59,323 nt of DNA, from the NCBI GenBank assembly GCA_052055015.1, contig JBQJIT010000023.1. One strand, written 5' to 3'. The notes under the pieces were generated by a model. That model saw only the letters and a list, made by a program, of their open reading frames with translations. It was not told the origin of the DNA and ran no database searches. The translations under genes and the position numbers were made by a program. The DNA is from Malassezia furfur. Taxonomy: Eukaryota. Position 1 is the stretch's first letter. Each line of letters opens with the position of its first letter. This document shows positions 46,401 to 57,656 of the stretch, in pieces.

Positions 46401-48745
46401 AGATCGCGCTGCTTGCCGCGGTGCACTCGGTCGTCGAGACGCGGCATGTGCTGCTCGACGCCGAGTCGGGCGCGCTGTTTGCCGAGCTTGTGCGCCGGGG
46501 GCTGTACGATGCACCGAGCGACGGCGCGTTCTTTGCGTGGACCGCGTTCCTTGCGCAGCTCTTACCGTTTGCGCGCGAAGAGGCGACGGCGTTCCTTCTG
46601 CCGCTGTGCACGAGCCTCGGCGAGCTGCTCGCCGGCGCGACGCACCGCTTCGTCGGCGACGCGGCCAGTGAGGCGCTGCTGCCCACCCGCCGCGCAAAGC
46701 ACGAGCACGGCGCGGCATCCGAGGATGCACTCGTGCGCCTCATTGGCGCCATGGAGCCGACGCTGCTCCAGGCGCTCGCGCTCGGCGTGCCGAGCGACGC
46801 GGAGCGTGCCGCGGACCCCGAGCTGGCAGCCCCCACGGGCTTTTTGGGCAACATTTCGAGCGTGTTTACGAGCGAGGCGGCCCCGAGCGCGCTCGGCACC
46901 GTGCCGCCCGCGCTGCGCGTCGCGGCGCACACCGTGCAGGTACTGGCGTACGTATGGAGCGCCGCACAGGGCCCCGACGCAGCGCACCCCGCGTCCGCCG
47001 CGGTGCGAGCGCAGGCCACAACGAGCCTCGAACGCGTCTACCGGCAGCACGCCGCGCTCACGATCGAGGCGATTGTCGAGCTATGGTGGACGCGCGCGGT
47101 GCACGATGCCGACGACGCACGCACCGATCCTGTGCACGACGCGATTGTTGCGCTGCTTGAGTGCCTCACGGCGAGCGAGCAGGTGCTGGTGTCGTCGCTG
47201 AGCGACGCCATCACGTCGCGCCTTACGCACGCCGCGGAGCGCAAGCGCGCCGCGCCACGGGCGCTGCTGGGGGAGTTGGTCTTTTTCCGGTTTCTGGAGC
47301 GCTACCTCGCGCAGCTCGGCGCGGACGGCGTGGCACACACCTGGCCGCTCCTCTCGTTGCTCGCGAAGAACATTGCGAGCAACCACGCGGCGAACAAGGC
47401 GCTCGTATTTGCGACGCTGCGCGTCGTTGCGGCCGCGGGCGTTCCACTGGCCGCTTCGCGCCTGTACGAGGACCGCCGCACGCGCCGCGACGTCCAGGAT
47501 ACCCTTGTGCGCCTGTGCGAGCAGGTAATCTCGCTCTACGCACGCACGCTCGACGTGAGCGCCTCGCGCCGCGGCGCTCGCGACAGCGACTCGGCGTCGC
47601 ACACCGACGATACCCCGGACGACGCGCAGTCAGCAGACACGAGCGCCGCGGCACCTGCACCCGCGCTCGTCGTTGCTTTCTTTGCGACGACGCTCCTGCC
47701 CACGCTCGAGCCGCTTGCCGTCGACACGGACAAGAGCGTGGCGCTGTGCACGAGCCTCGTGTACTATGTGCTGACGCCCGGCTTCCGCGCGCGGCAGCGC
47801 ACCATGGACATCGACCCGCTCGTCTTGGAGCTGCTGGCAGCGGTGTGCCGCGTGCCGGGTACGATCAAGACGTGGCGCACGCTCGTCGTCGACACCTTTA
47901 CGGATGCCAAGTTTTTCTCGCTGCCCCCGAGTGTCGGGCGGCAGTGGTCGCCGATGATCGCGACGCTGTACGTCGCCGAGCGCGACCGCCTCGTGGATGT
48001 GGTGGGGCGCATCGCCACCACGCCCACAAACAACCTGTTCACCTCGCGCGAGACGGATCTGCTCGCGCGCGCCGTGAGCATCCGCCGTCTGGCCTACACG
48101 ATCTATGCGGGCGAGCGCAACACCTTCCTGGCACAGCTCCCGCTCATCCAGGAAAAGGTCGTCGACGTGCTCCGCTCGAATGCGCCCGAGCTCGTCCAGG
48201 CGGAGATCTACTTGTGCATGCGCGTGCTGTTGTGCCGCTTTGCGTCGCAGCACCTCGCCGGGTTCTGGCCTATCATCCTCACCGAGCTTCTCCGCCTGTT
48301 CGGCAAGGCCAAGATGGAGCTGCCCAAGGACCACACGGACACCATCCACCTGCTCTTCAGCACTGCTAAGCTCGCCGACTACCTGCTCACGCTGCAGACC
48401 GAGGACTTCCAGATCCACCAGTGGCTCCTCATCACCGACACGCCGGACGCCGTCGACCCACCCACGGAGTGGATCCCCGAGTCGCTCCTCGACTGTATCG
48501 GCCGCGTCGCCATCGAACATCTTGATCACACACCACCGGACCCTTGGTCGGACAAGCCCACAGCCCTACGCCGGCCTATGCTCAGCATTGCCCGTGCCGA
48601 TACCATGCAAACCCTCGAACCGTTCTTTGTGCATGTGTCGCGTATCGCATACGCCAACGAAACGGTGTGCACGGGCGTCGACTGGGAGGCAATCAACCAG
48701 GACCTCCTCCAGGACTTGTTTGAGCCGATCGTAATCCACTCGTAG
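43478..48745 (+). CDS. DOP1: Dopey/Dop1; intron ~43623-43649
   Basis: [67 protein letters not shown]. Confidence 0.95.
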
Positions 48746-48904
48746 ATGTACGAATTGTGCAATCAAGACGCTTGATGCCAAGGCGTGGTAACCGAATGAG
48801 GACGTGCCAAGGCCCGTGCACGGATTTGGGCCATTTTGCAAAAATCCATCGCATTTTTCTTCCCAAAAAAAAATGCTCGGAAATAGAGCTCAGCAACAAA
48901 AAAA

Positions 48905-48997
48905 TGACCAGCACGGGGCTCGAACCCGCAACCTCCTGATATGCTCAGTCCAGTGGACTTTCGTAGTCAGACACACTACCAATTGTGCTAACCGGCC
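48905..48997 (-). tRNA. tRNA-Arg(ACG) with 20-nt intron (48941-48960)
   Basis: Cloverleaf GGCCGGT..GCAC/GTGT..TCTGA-CTACGA^A-TCAGG..GCGGG-TTCGAGC-CCCGT..GCTGGTC-A, followed by an oligo-T Pol III terminator. Confidence 0.95.
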
Positions 48998-49067
48998 GTT
49001 CCTAGCCCCCAGTTTTCCTCGAAGCCTTCTTGAGCGCTGGCACATGTTGATGCAGAGAAGAAAAAGT

Positions 49068-49160
49068 TGACCAGCACGGGGCTCGAACCCGCAACCTCCT
49101 GATGTGCTCGGTCCAGAGGACCTTCGTAGTCAGACACACTACCAATTGTGCTAACCGGCC
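49068..49160 (-). tRNA. tRNA-Arg(ACG) second tandem copy, 20-nt intron (49104-49123)
   Basis: Exons identical to the first copy; T-run downstream. Confidence 0.95.
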
Positions 49161-49277
49161 AGACGTTGAACACACGTGTGCAAAAGGAATATACAAGCTA
49201 GTGGACCCTAGCAGTGGGTGCGGTCCTCTGCCACGCATCACCGGTGTGCTTCGTCAGAGCGGGCAGCGTCTTGTCAT

Positions 49278-51381
49278 CTACTTATCGTGGAAAATGGTGG
49301 TACCTTGCACATCCCACTGGGCGCGGCCATGAGCGACTGCCTTGCGCTTCTGGAAGTAGTCAGAATCGTTTGCAACGCCCCCATAGATGTACTCGGGGTC
49401 GTGCTCGCCCTTCTTGGGGTTCAGGTGGAACCACTGAGGGGTATACGTCCCCCCGGCCTCTTCCAGTTCCTTTCGCCGCTCACGCTGACGACCCTCGAGC
49501 TGTGCTTTGAGATTCTCGGCAGTGTCCACGTCGCCCTCCTCCAGCGCACGCTGGTCGGGGCGCAGACGCGAGTCGGTCGGCGGCAGGATATTTTGCAGAT
49601 CCGGCGTGACTTCGTTAAGCGACATAGCAAAGTTCGTGAAGCCATAGTACTTGGCCGAATTGGGTGGCATTGGTGCTGCCTCCCAGAGTACTTGCAGATG
49701 GTCCTTGTCAACTTGCCTCGCAAATTGTTCGTCCCACTTGCCTTTGAACGAGGCAATCTCAGAGCCGTTTGCATCGTACATCGTGCCCACAACGTGGTTG
49801 CGCGAGCTCGCGCCACCAAACATGCTCGATTCCTTGAACTGAATCACGAGACGCAGGTTGCTCTTGATCTCGGTCACGGTCATTTCCCCGACGTGCTCGA
49901 GGTATTTGTTGCCCGCCAGCAGGTTGCGCATGAAGGAGCTCGGCTTGGTGATGCTGTACACATCACCCGTGTCCAGTTCAACGATCTCACTGCCCTCGGC
50001 GATCAGCTCGAGCGATTTGCCCCAGAACTTGTTCTTCACCGTGCCCGACGACGAGGCCTTCCAGCCCTTGCCTTGCGCATACGCTGCGACAATCGGCGGG
50101 CGATGCACCACCTTTTCGGCCACAAAGAACAAGTTGCGGTCGGCGCGCACACACTCGTACGTTTCGCCCAGCAACGGGTTGAACGGTTTCCGGCTCGAGC
50201 GCTGAATGGTCGATGCATACCCGCTCACAGCAAATGCTCCGACCAGCGACAGTCGCTCGACCGCGTCGTCGGACTGTGCTGCACGTTCCAACAGGTCAGG
50301 GGCATATTCGTATTCCTCCGCAACGGCCTGCAGCAGCGACAGGGGGCAGTTAAATGTCACTGGGAACGATATGGTCGACAAGTCTTTGCCGACGTTCTTC
50401 TTGAGCATACTGAAGAGCGACACTTCCTCTCCCGACACGGGCGCAGGAAGTTCCTTGCGGTACGTCACCGCTTGCACGTCCGAGGCGGTCGACTTGGCCG
50501 CTTCGATCGAGGACACCTGCCCGCTTTCCTCGGGATCACTGCTTTCCTCTCCCTCGTCTTCGCTGTCGTCGCCCTCGTCAGCGGCATGTCCAGGCTCCTC
50601 CTCGATTTGGTATTCGACTCCTTCAAAGTCATCATACGCATCGTAAAAGTCTCCGTCATCTGCGGCACTGAACGACGATGCAGACGACCCCGCAACGCCG
50701 CCCATGGCGGCCCCGACGAGCGGCGACATGGAGGGGCTTGCCGAGGACAGCGAGTGGCCTACTGGCGTGCCCATCCGCGAGGTGCCAAACTCACCCGATG
50801 CGCGCCGCGAAGATGCGGCCCGGATTTCTCCATGCTTATTCCGGAGCTCTTCCAGCTTTTCAAGCACCTCGCAAATCTCCGGGTTGCTGTCACCGACAGA
50901 GAGACTCTGGAGCGAAACGATGCATGACTGCAACAATTCGTCCGCCTTGTCGACCAATTGTGAGGTGGGCCGAAACTCGGTGGGCGAGCTGGTTTCGCTA
51001 GGGTTACTGTGCAGGAATTTGCGCAACATGTTGCGCCATTTCACGAAATCGGCGTCGCTCAGCATTTTGAGGTCTGGGTCAGTAACTCGCACGCACGGAA
51101 CACGTTCGACCCGCTGTCAACGTGGATGGTGCCTGTGTGAGTAATCTTAAAACATACCGTGCCGAATATCCGAGCTGACACTGGCATGGGGTACATCAAT
51201 AATACCGCGCGCGCTCTTGTTGGGGTGAATCGAGTAAAACAGTGTGCCGTCCTGGAGAAGCACCAGCCAGCGCTTGGCGTAACCTGCGTTAGCATGCACT
51301 CGGCGCACCCTGAATCTTCTTCTTCTTTTTCTTCAGCACCCATCCTGAGTACAGGACTGGAACGTTGCTGCCTTCCATCAT
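49278..51381 (-). CDS. OSH3: Oxysterol-binding protein with N-terminal PH domain (Osh3-like); three 5' introns
   Basis: GWVLKKKKKKIQG|YAKRW PH start, FFAT-like DFYDA, KPFNPLLGETYE, EKVVHRPP, DSRLRPD. Confidence 0.88.
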
Positions 51382-51508
51382 ACCAGCAGCGCACGGTGGG
51401 CCGGGGCCTTGTGAAACTCGGTTCCGTTCGCGAAGTGGGGCGCAGCCAGGCCGGCGTACGCTTAGCTAAGCCGCACGGTGACGCCGATCGCTGTAGTTTA
51501 GGCTACGT

Positions 51509-53764
51509 TCATTCTGCGATCGGAGTGGAGGCCGCACGGTCCGAGCGGCCGGCGACCTCGTTTTGGAGGACAGCCTCGGCGTACATCACCTTGTAGCGCA
51601 CGAGCTCCTCGGCCATCTCTTCTTGCGAAAGCTTGGACATGACCACGCGCTTGACCAGGTCGACGTGCTCGGCACTCACTTGACTCAGCTGCTCCTCGAG
51701 CGCCTGGACCTTGAGGCGCAAATTTCGGTTCACCATCCGAAGGGCCTCCATCTCGACCGAACGCTCGTTGGCCGACTTCGCCTGGTCATAGAATTCGTTC
51801 GCAAAGGAATCCAGCGTGTACGGAGAAATCTTGACCGCAAACGCATCGCGTACCAGTTCACTCACGCGCACATGCGGCGCAGATTCCTGTTGTCGGTCGC
51901 TTGGTTCCGACTGCGTTAGCGTCCCACGTACCATGTAGGCATCCACGAGGTGAAGCTTGAGGAAATTCAGGCACTCTTCAAAGTCGAGCGCAAGCAATTT
52001 GCTCTCGTTTTTCTGCAGCAGCGCAAGTGCGAAGCGGAACATGGCCTCAATGCCCTCGGCGAAAATCGAATCCAAAATGCGGTACACAACCTCGAGCGGG
52101 AAGCGATAGGAACTGGGTTATTCAACATCACATACAAGACTGGGTCAGTGAGGAGGTAGCGTACGTGTCATAAACCATTGGCTCGCATACATGCTGCTTT
52201 TGATGCCCCGGCGCGTAAAGTGCAAATGCAGCACAGGCTGGGTTTCTTCCAGCAGCCGGTCGAATTGGTATAGCCGCAACTGGAGCGATGGCATGTTGGG
52301 AATAAAGTGACCGCGCAGGTCGTAGTTTTGCATCAGACGCACCAATGTGCTAAAAGCCTCCTCATCGGGCATGTTGAGCAGCAGCGGACCCACAACAAAT
52401 TGCATACCTTGACAGTAGCCACACTCAGGATCAAACAGAGAATAAGCTTTGACCACATTGTACAGTTGCTCCTGGCCTACCCCCTTGGCGTCCTTGAAAT
52501 AGTCTTGCGTGGGGAAGGTCCGGTTCAAATCGCGCCGGATATCACGTTCTTGCGGGCAGGGATGACCAAGGTATTTGGCATACTGTGCCTCCAGATCCTC
52601 GTCTTTGCTGCTGCTCAGCAGCTGCCACATCATACCGCGCAGCGCCGATGGAATGCCAGAGTAAATAGCCTTGCTGAGCTCAATAGGGCTCGTCGCCAGA
52701 ATGGTATTGTAATCGTTGATTAGACCGCCCCAGAATTCCCAGTCGATCTTCTCCGCAGTATCGTTTTCATGGTCTGTCATGTTGGAAGCGTCGTCCTCTT
52801 TCAAGACGCTGCCTACTCCAAACTCTTTGCTGCCTGCACCAACGCCATCCGCTTCGGTCTCGGAGCGGGGCTGCTTGCGCTGTTGCAGACGCTCAAAACT
52901 TTGGCGCAACTTGCCAATCCCTAGCGCGCTCCGCCGCATCGCGCGGGGGTCCTGGTTCAGCTTGCGGTTCTGGGCCACCATGCGCGCGAGAATCAGATCG
53001 TATTCCGAGTCGTTTATCTTCTCTGCCTTTTCGTTCGCAGCAATCTGGCGTGCAGCGCCAAGTGGCAATTTGGGCGGCGGTATCCGTAGTGCCTCGGTTT
53101 GTTTCGTGACCTTGTCCACATCGGCGTCCGACGTGCGCTCTTCCGAGAAGGGGTTTTGGATGATCATCTTGGGTTCAATCATGGATTCAGCGCCCACCGA
53201 GGGAGGCAACGGGTCGGAGTGGGGCGTCGAGGCAACGATCGCCTTGGCAGTTTCCAGATCGAGCGGCTCGCTTTGGTCCTGCACCTGCTCCATCTTTTGG
53301 GTTTTCCGAATAGCCGCTGAGGACAGACCAGACTCGTGCAAGACTTTGCGCTCCGTCGTCGTGGTATGGGTTGATGACGCATCCGATTCGTCCTTTCCTT
53401 CATCCTCGTCTTCGCCCGTGGACTCGTCTTCATCGTCTTCATCGTCGTCGTCGTCATCATCATCGTCATCGTCGTCGTCGTCGTCGTCGTCATCATCATC
53501 ATCATCATCATCATCATCGTCATCATCATCGTCATCCTCATCGTCATCATCTGTCTGTGTCGATGATGTCACAACGCTCTCCGTCTCCGTTTCGGCGTCG
53601 TCAGTTTCGTCGGTTTCGTCGGTATATTCCGTCGAGTTGTCTCCATCAACGGTGCTCGTATCGTCTTCCTCGGTAACAACGAGCCTGGACTGAGCTTTCT
53701 CGCGCGTCTTGTTGCGCGCTTGTCGACCTTCGGTGCTCCCCGTTGTTGTACTGGTCCGAGGCAT
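51509..53764 (-). CDS. Rab-GAP TBC protein (Gyp5/Evi5-like); introns 52140-52164, 52113-52135 and 51911-51931
   Basis: GIPSALRGMMWQ, IRRDLNRTFP, GYCQGM, YASQWFMTLFSYRFPL after splicing, C-terminal coiled coil. Confidence 0.9.
53423..53551. repeat. Coding (GAT/GAC)n trinucleotide tract encoding an ~40-residue Asp/Glu run
   Basis: (TCA/TCG)n on the + strand. Confidence 0.95.
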
Positions 53765-53900
53765 GGCGGCAGTCACGTTCGATTCGTTGGCCCACGCGGT
53801 ATGCAGGGCGTCCCAACTGCCTTAGGCACGCTACGTGCACCGGTTTGCGGGGTTGAGCGCATTCACGTGATGTCTCCACGTGGCTGTGTGGCGGCGCCAG

Positions 53901-53911
53901 CTTCCACGTCA
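53901..53911 (-). promoter_or_regulatory. UPRE-like element TGACGTGGAAG upstream of the HAC1-like gene
   Basis: CTTCCACGTCA on +, 87 bp before the ATG. Nearby ACGT cores are TCACGTGA (53863) and CCACGTGG (53876). Confidence 0.65.
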
Positions 53912-53998
53912 TCCCCCCACAAAGCGGTTTCCCTTGTTGCTTCATAAGCCCGGGCGGCGCACCACCCAGGTAGTGTAATCGTTGCTGGATTGGTGTGC

Positions 53999-55227
53999 AT
54001 GACAAGCGTACAAGAGGGTCCAGGAATTGATCCTACACTCCTGGTGTGCGCCCCAGAGGCGTTGCAGGCAGCTGCACCAAGCAGCACGCCATGTCCAGGC
54101 ACGAAACGCGCGGCGGACGCAGCCGAACGGCCATCGGTCAAGGTCGCGCGGTCCTGCGAAGAAGAAAAGAAGGCACGTCTTCTTGCGCGGCAACAACGGA
54201 ATCGGCAATCTGCGCAAGTTTCTCGGGAAAAGAAGAAGGCGCACGTTGAACAATTGGAGCAAGAAGTCCAACAATTGCGGGAAGAAAAGAAGGCGTGGGC
54301 ACTCCGCGATGTCGAGGCTCAGCAAAAGCAACGGCAACTCGAGACCCAAGTGTCTGATCTTGAGGCCAAGGTACACAACCTTGAAACGTTGTGGGCCCGG
54401 CTGGTCCAGCACACCCAGGCATCAAAGGAAGCTGGGTCGTGCGATGCGATCCCGTCGCAGCTAACCCAGATTGTGTCGGCTTTGTCGCCCCAGCGCTCCG
54501 CAGACGAGCGCGTAGCAGGAGCAGAAGCAGCAAGCGCAGCGCCGGCTGTTGCGCCATCTTCGGTCGTGCCTTCGCAGCGATTGTCTCCCTCTTTGGATAG
54601 CACTTGCCTTCCGGCAGCGAAGGCGACCAGTGCGGATTCGGCAGACTCTCTGTCTCCGCACTTGGCCCAGCAGCGGGTGCTGACAACTTCCAGGAGCTGG
54701 GGCAGCGCGACGAGAGCACACACCCGGAAATGGCGGATGCGACAGCCAATGGCAGCAGCATTGCGGGCTGGCTCCCCGACTACGTCCTCGAATCGGGCCT
54801 GGGCACAAAACTCCACGACCTGGCGGACGCCGACGATTCGCACGCGACCCTCGGCTCCTGGATGCCCTCGGCGAGTGCTTCGGATTCGGTTACGGATCCC
54901 TTCGCACCGGTTGTCTATGACCATGAAACTGGCCGCACGCCCGACGCCCACGCCCCTGTAAATACCGACATGGACATGAACCTCCTCTTTTCCTCGTTTA
55001 CGCCCTCCGACGCTACACACACGTCTGGATCACTTTCGTGCAGTGCGACTCCACCGAGTCAGCTGAGCGCCGACGACGACGCTTCAGTGGCATTGGAACC
55101 CGGCGTAGATGCGACGTTGTTCCCAGCTCACGAATTTTTGGATCTGGACCTCGCCCTGGACCCGTTGCCTATGGACGCAATGGACAAAGTGCTATTCCCC
55201 TCGGTTGGGACAGGGATTGCTGTGTAG
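53999..55227 (+). CDS. HAC1: UPR bZIP factor (Hac1/Cib1/Hxl1/XBP1-like); spliced form 53999-54614 + 54671-55227, unspliced form ends at 54961
   Basis: bZIP EKKARLLARQQRNRQSAQVSREKKKAHVEQLE. Two CNG^CAGC loops bound a 56-nt intron whose removal joins an acidic C-terminal ORF. Confidence 0.9.
54615..54670 (+). other. Ire1-type non-spliceosomal intron (56 nt)
   Basis: 5' site TTGCCTTC-CGG^CAGC-GAAGGCGA and 3' site CC-CAG^CAGC-GG. The intron does not begin with GT. Confidence 0.88.
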
Positions 55228-55544
55228 CCTGCTGTAGATTACCTATGTTGTCACCGTTGTTTGTACGCGTTTCACTAGTACGGCTGACCAACGCACCGTG
55301 GCCCGATTGCCCGATGCACCCGTCCTCCCAATATCGAAATCACGTGATATTATAGTTTCTATCACGTGGAAGCGGTGGGACTAAGAAGCAGTCTTCTGCG
55401 GTGCCTGCGCTCTTACCTACCGTCGTCAAGGTGCGTGAGCGAGGCTGCGAAGTGGACATATGGGCACGGCGCTGGCGCGCAGTATCTGTATTCGACGACG
55501 CAGCACAACCACACTTGAACACATACTAACGAAACAGGCTCAAT

Positions 55545-56162
55545 ATGGGTATTACTCGTGACTCCCGTCACAAGAGGTCGCTCACCGGTGCGCGCCGCGC
55601 GCAGTTCCGCAAGAAGAGGAAGTTTGAGCTGGGTCGCCAGGCCGCTAACACGCGTATTGGCCCCAAGCGCATCCACGACGTGCGTGTGCGTGGTGGCAAC
55701 ATCAAGCCCCGTGCGCTCCGCCTCGACAGCGGCAACTTTGCCTGGGGCTCGGAGAACATCACGGCCAAGACCCGTATCCTGGGTGTGGTGTACAACGCCT
55801 CGAACAACGAGCTTGTCCGCACCAACACGCTTGTCAAGGGTGCCGTGATTCAGATTGACGCTACGCCCTTCCGCGTGGCCTACGAGAAGGCCTACGGCCA
55901 GCCCGTGACCAAGCGCCGCAGCGCCGCCACGCAGGGTACCACCGAGGAGGTGAAGCGCAGCAACCACGTCGAGCGCAAGCTCGCTGAGCGCCGCAAGGAT
56001 GGCAAGGTCGACCCCATCGTCGAGCAGCAGTTCGGTGCCGGCCGTCTGTACGCCGTCATTTCGAGCCGCCCCGGCCAGTCGGGCCGTGCGGACGGCTACA
56101 TTCTCGAGGGTGCCGAGCTCGAGTTCTACGCTCGTCGCCTGCGTAACGCCAAGTCGAAGTAA
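55545..56162 (+). CDS. RPS8: 40S ribosomal protein S8 (eS8); 107-nt 5'UTR intron 55431-55537
   Basis: MGITRDSRHKRSLTGARR...RPGQSGRADGYILEG. Upstream intron GTGCGT...TACTAAC-GAAACAG. Confidence 0.98.
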   Translation: MGITRDSRHKRSLTGARRAQFRKKRKFELGRQAANTRIGPKRIHDVRVRGGNIKPRALRLDSGNFAWGSENITAKTRILGVVYNASNNELVRTNTLVKGAVIQIDATPFRVAYEKAYGQPVTKRRSAATQGTTEEVKRSNHVERKLAERRKDGKVDPIVEQQFGAGRLYAVISSRPGQSGRADGYILEGAELEFYARRLRNAKSK

Positions 56163-56500
56163 ATATTGATTCTTTTTACTTTGGCAATGACGTGCAAAAG
56201 GGTCGCTGGATGCTGGATGCGGGTCGGCACGTTTCTGAGCCGGCCTTGCCAGGCCGCTTGGCATGGACACGGCCGTGTCCATTCTCCTGTACTCCACTTG
56301 TGTGCACTCTGATCTAGCTTAGGCGTCCGTACCCTAAAATTGTGACCCATTCTGAACACGAACCATGCCCGCGCGCAGTCTTGGCGTGCCGCCTTTTTTC
56401 ACGCTGCGGCGGCCGTGGCGCGGCGCGTCGGCCGAGCATATTGGGCGCCCGTGCGCCGTCCAATGCAGCGCGCGTCGGAAGCATAGGCGTGTTGCGTGCC

Positions 56501-57647
56501 ATGACCACGAAACCTCGCGTGCTGATCGTAAACGACGACGGACCTCCATCGGCGGTACGTAGCACGTTTCTGACGCACCGTAGTCGTCGCCCTATGTTCT
56601 ACAGCTCTTCCAGGCGCTTGTCGCATTCGGCTGGGACGTGCGCGTCGTCCTGCCCAGCTCGCGTACGTGGCGTGATGTGGCACTGACCCGCAGAAAAGTC
56701 GTGGAGCGGCACCAATTACACGGTGCATGATGCGCAGCTGCGCTACTGGTAGTACGTGTACCGACTTTACCGCCCAGCTATTACCCAATCCGCGACAACT
56801 TTGATGGCTCACACCCCGACACGCAGCGGTGTTGGAGCAACACGCGCCGCGCGATTGACCACGATCGCGGCGAAATCGCCGAATGGGTGCTTGTGGACGG
56901 GGTACGTCGCTCTTCTGACATCCACAGACGCCGTCGACGTGTGCCAACATTGGTTTGTTCACCGGCAATACTCTGTTTGGTACGCCCGATGCGCCGCCCA
57001 TCTCGCTCATCGTGTCGGGTCCCAACTACGGCCGGAATACGGGCACGGCGTTCTCTGTCTCATCCGGAACACTGGGCGGAGCGCTAGCTGGCGCGCTGAG
57101 CGATGTTCGGGGCGTAGCGATCAGCTACGGCCACTTCCGGGAGTGTCCCCCGTGCCTCGATGGGCGCACGGATGCGCCGCGGCTCACGCCCGACGAAGAG
57201 ACGGAGATGCGAATGCTGGCATCGCGGCATAGCGCGTCCATCTTAGCGCAGCTATGGGAGCACTGGGATGCCGATGCAGCGGTAGAGGTGTACGCGATGA
57301 ACGTGCCGCTGTGCGAATGCCTCCGGGAGCCCAAGGTGGTCTGGACGCGGATCTGGCCGAGCCGGCATGTGCAGCAGTACGTGCCGCCGGCCAAGTCGCA
57401 TGACGACGACAGCGCGCGTGTGCGGCCCTTGGGTGTGTCGCCACTGCCCGTGCAGCATGCCGAACACGGCTCCTACCTCGACTTTCGGCCAAACTTGGCG
57501 CGTGCGATGCGCCCAGGCGACGGCGAGGCGCTCGAGGAAGGCACCGACGTCTGGGCGCTGTGCCAAGGGTACATTGGCATCTCGCGCCTCGTGGCGTCCT
57601 TTGCGCAAGTCGACAGCGGCGGCCGGGCGCCGCCGCAGTGTGCATAG
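56501..57647 (+). CDS. SurE-family 5'/3'-nucleotidase (stand-alone); four short introns
   Basis: VLIVNDDGPP, VVLPSSQKSWSG, VDG|TPSTCANIG, LIVSGPNYGRN, SSGTLG. Confidence 0.85.
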
Positions 57648-57656
57648 TCTATGGGT

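Noticed and set aside
48905..49160. 93-bp direct repeat as a CRISPR, LTR or attachment site
   Set aside because: Both units are complete tRNA genes, with no transposase, RT or integrase nearby.
54604..54961. Apparent frameshift or pseudogene in the bZIP gene, and in many other split ORFs
   Set aside because: Explained by the Ire1 intron or by short GT-AG introns.
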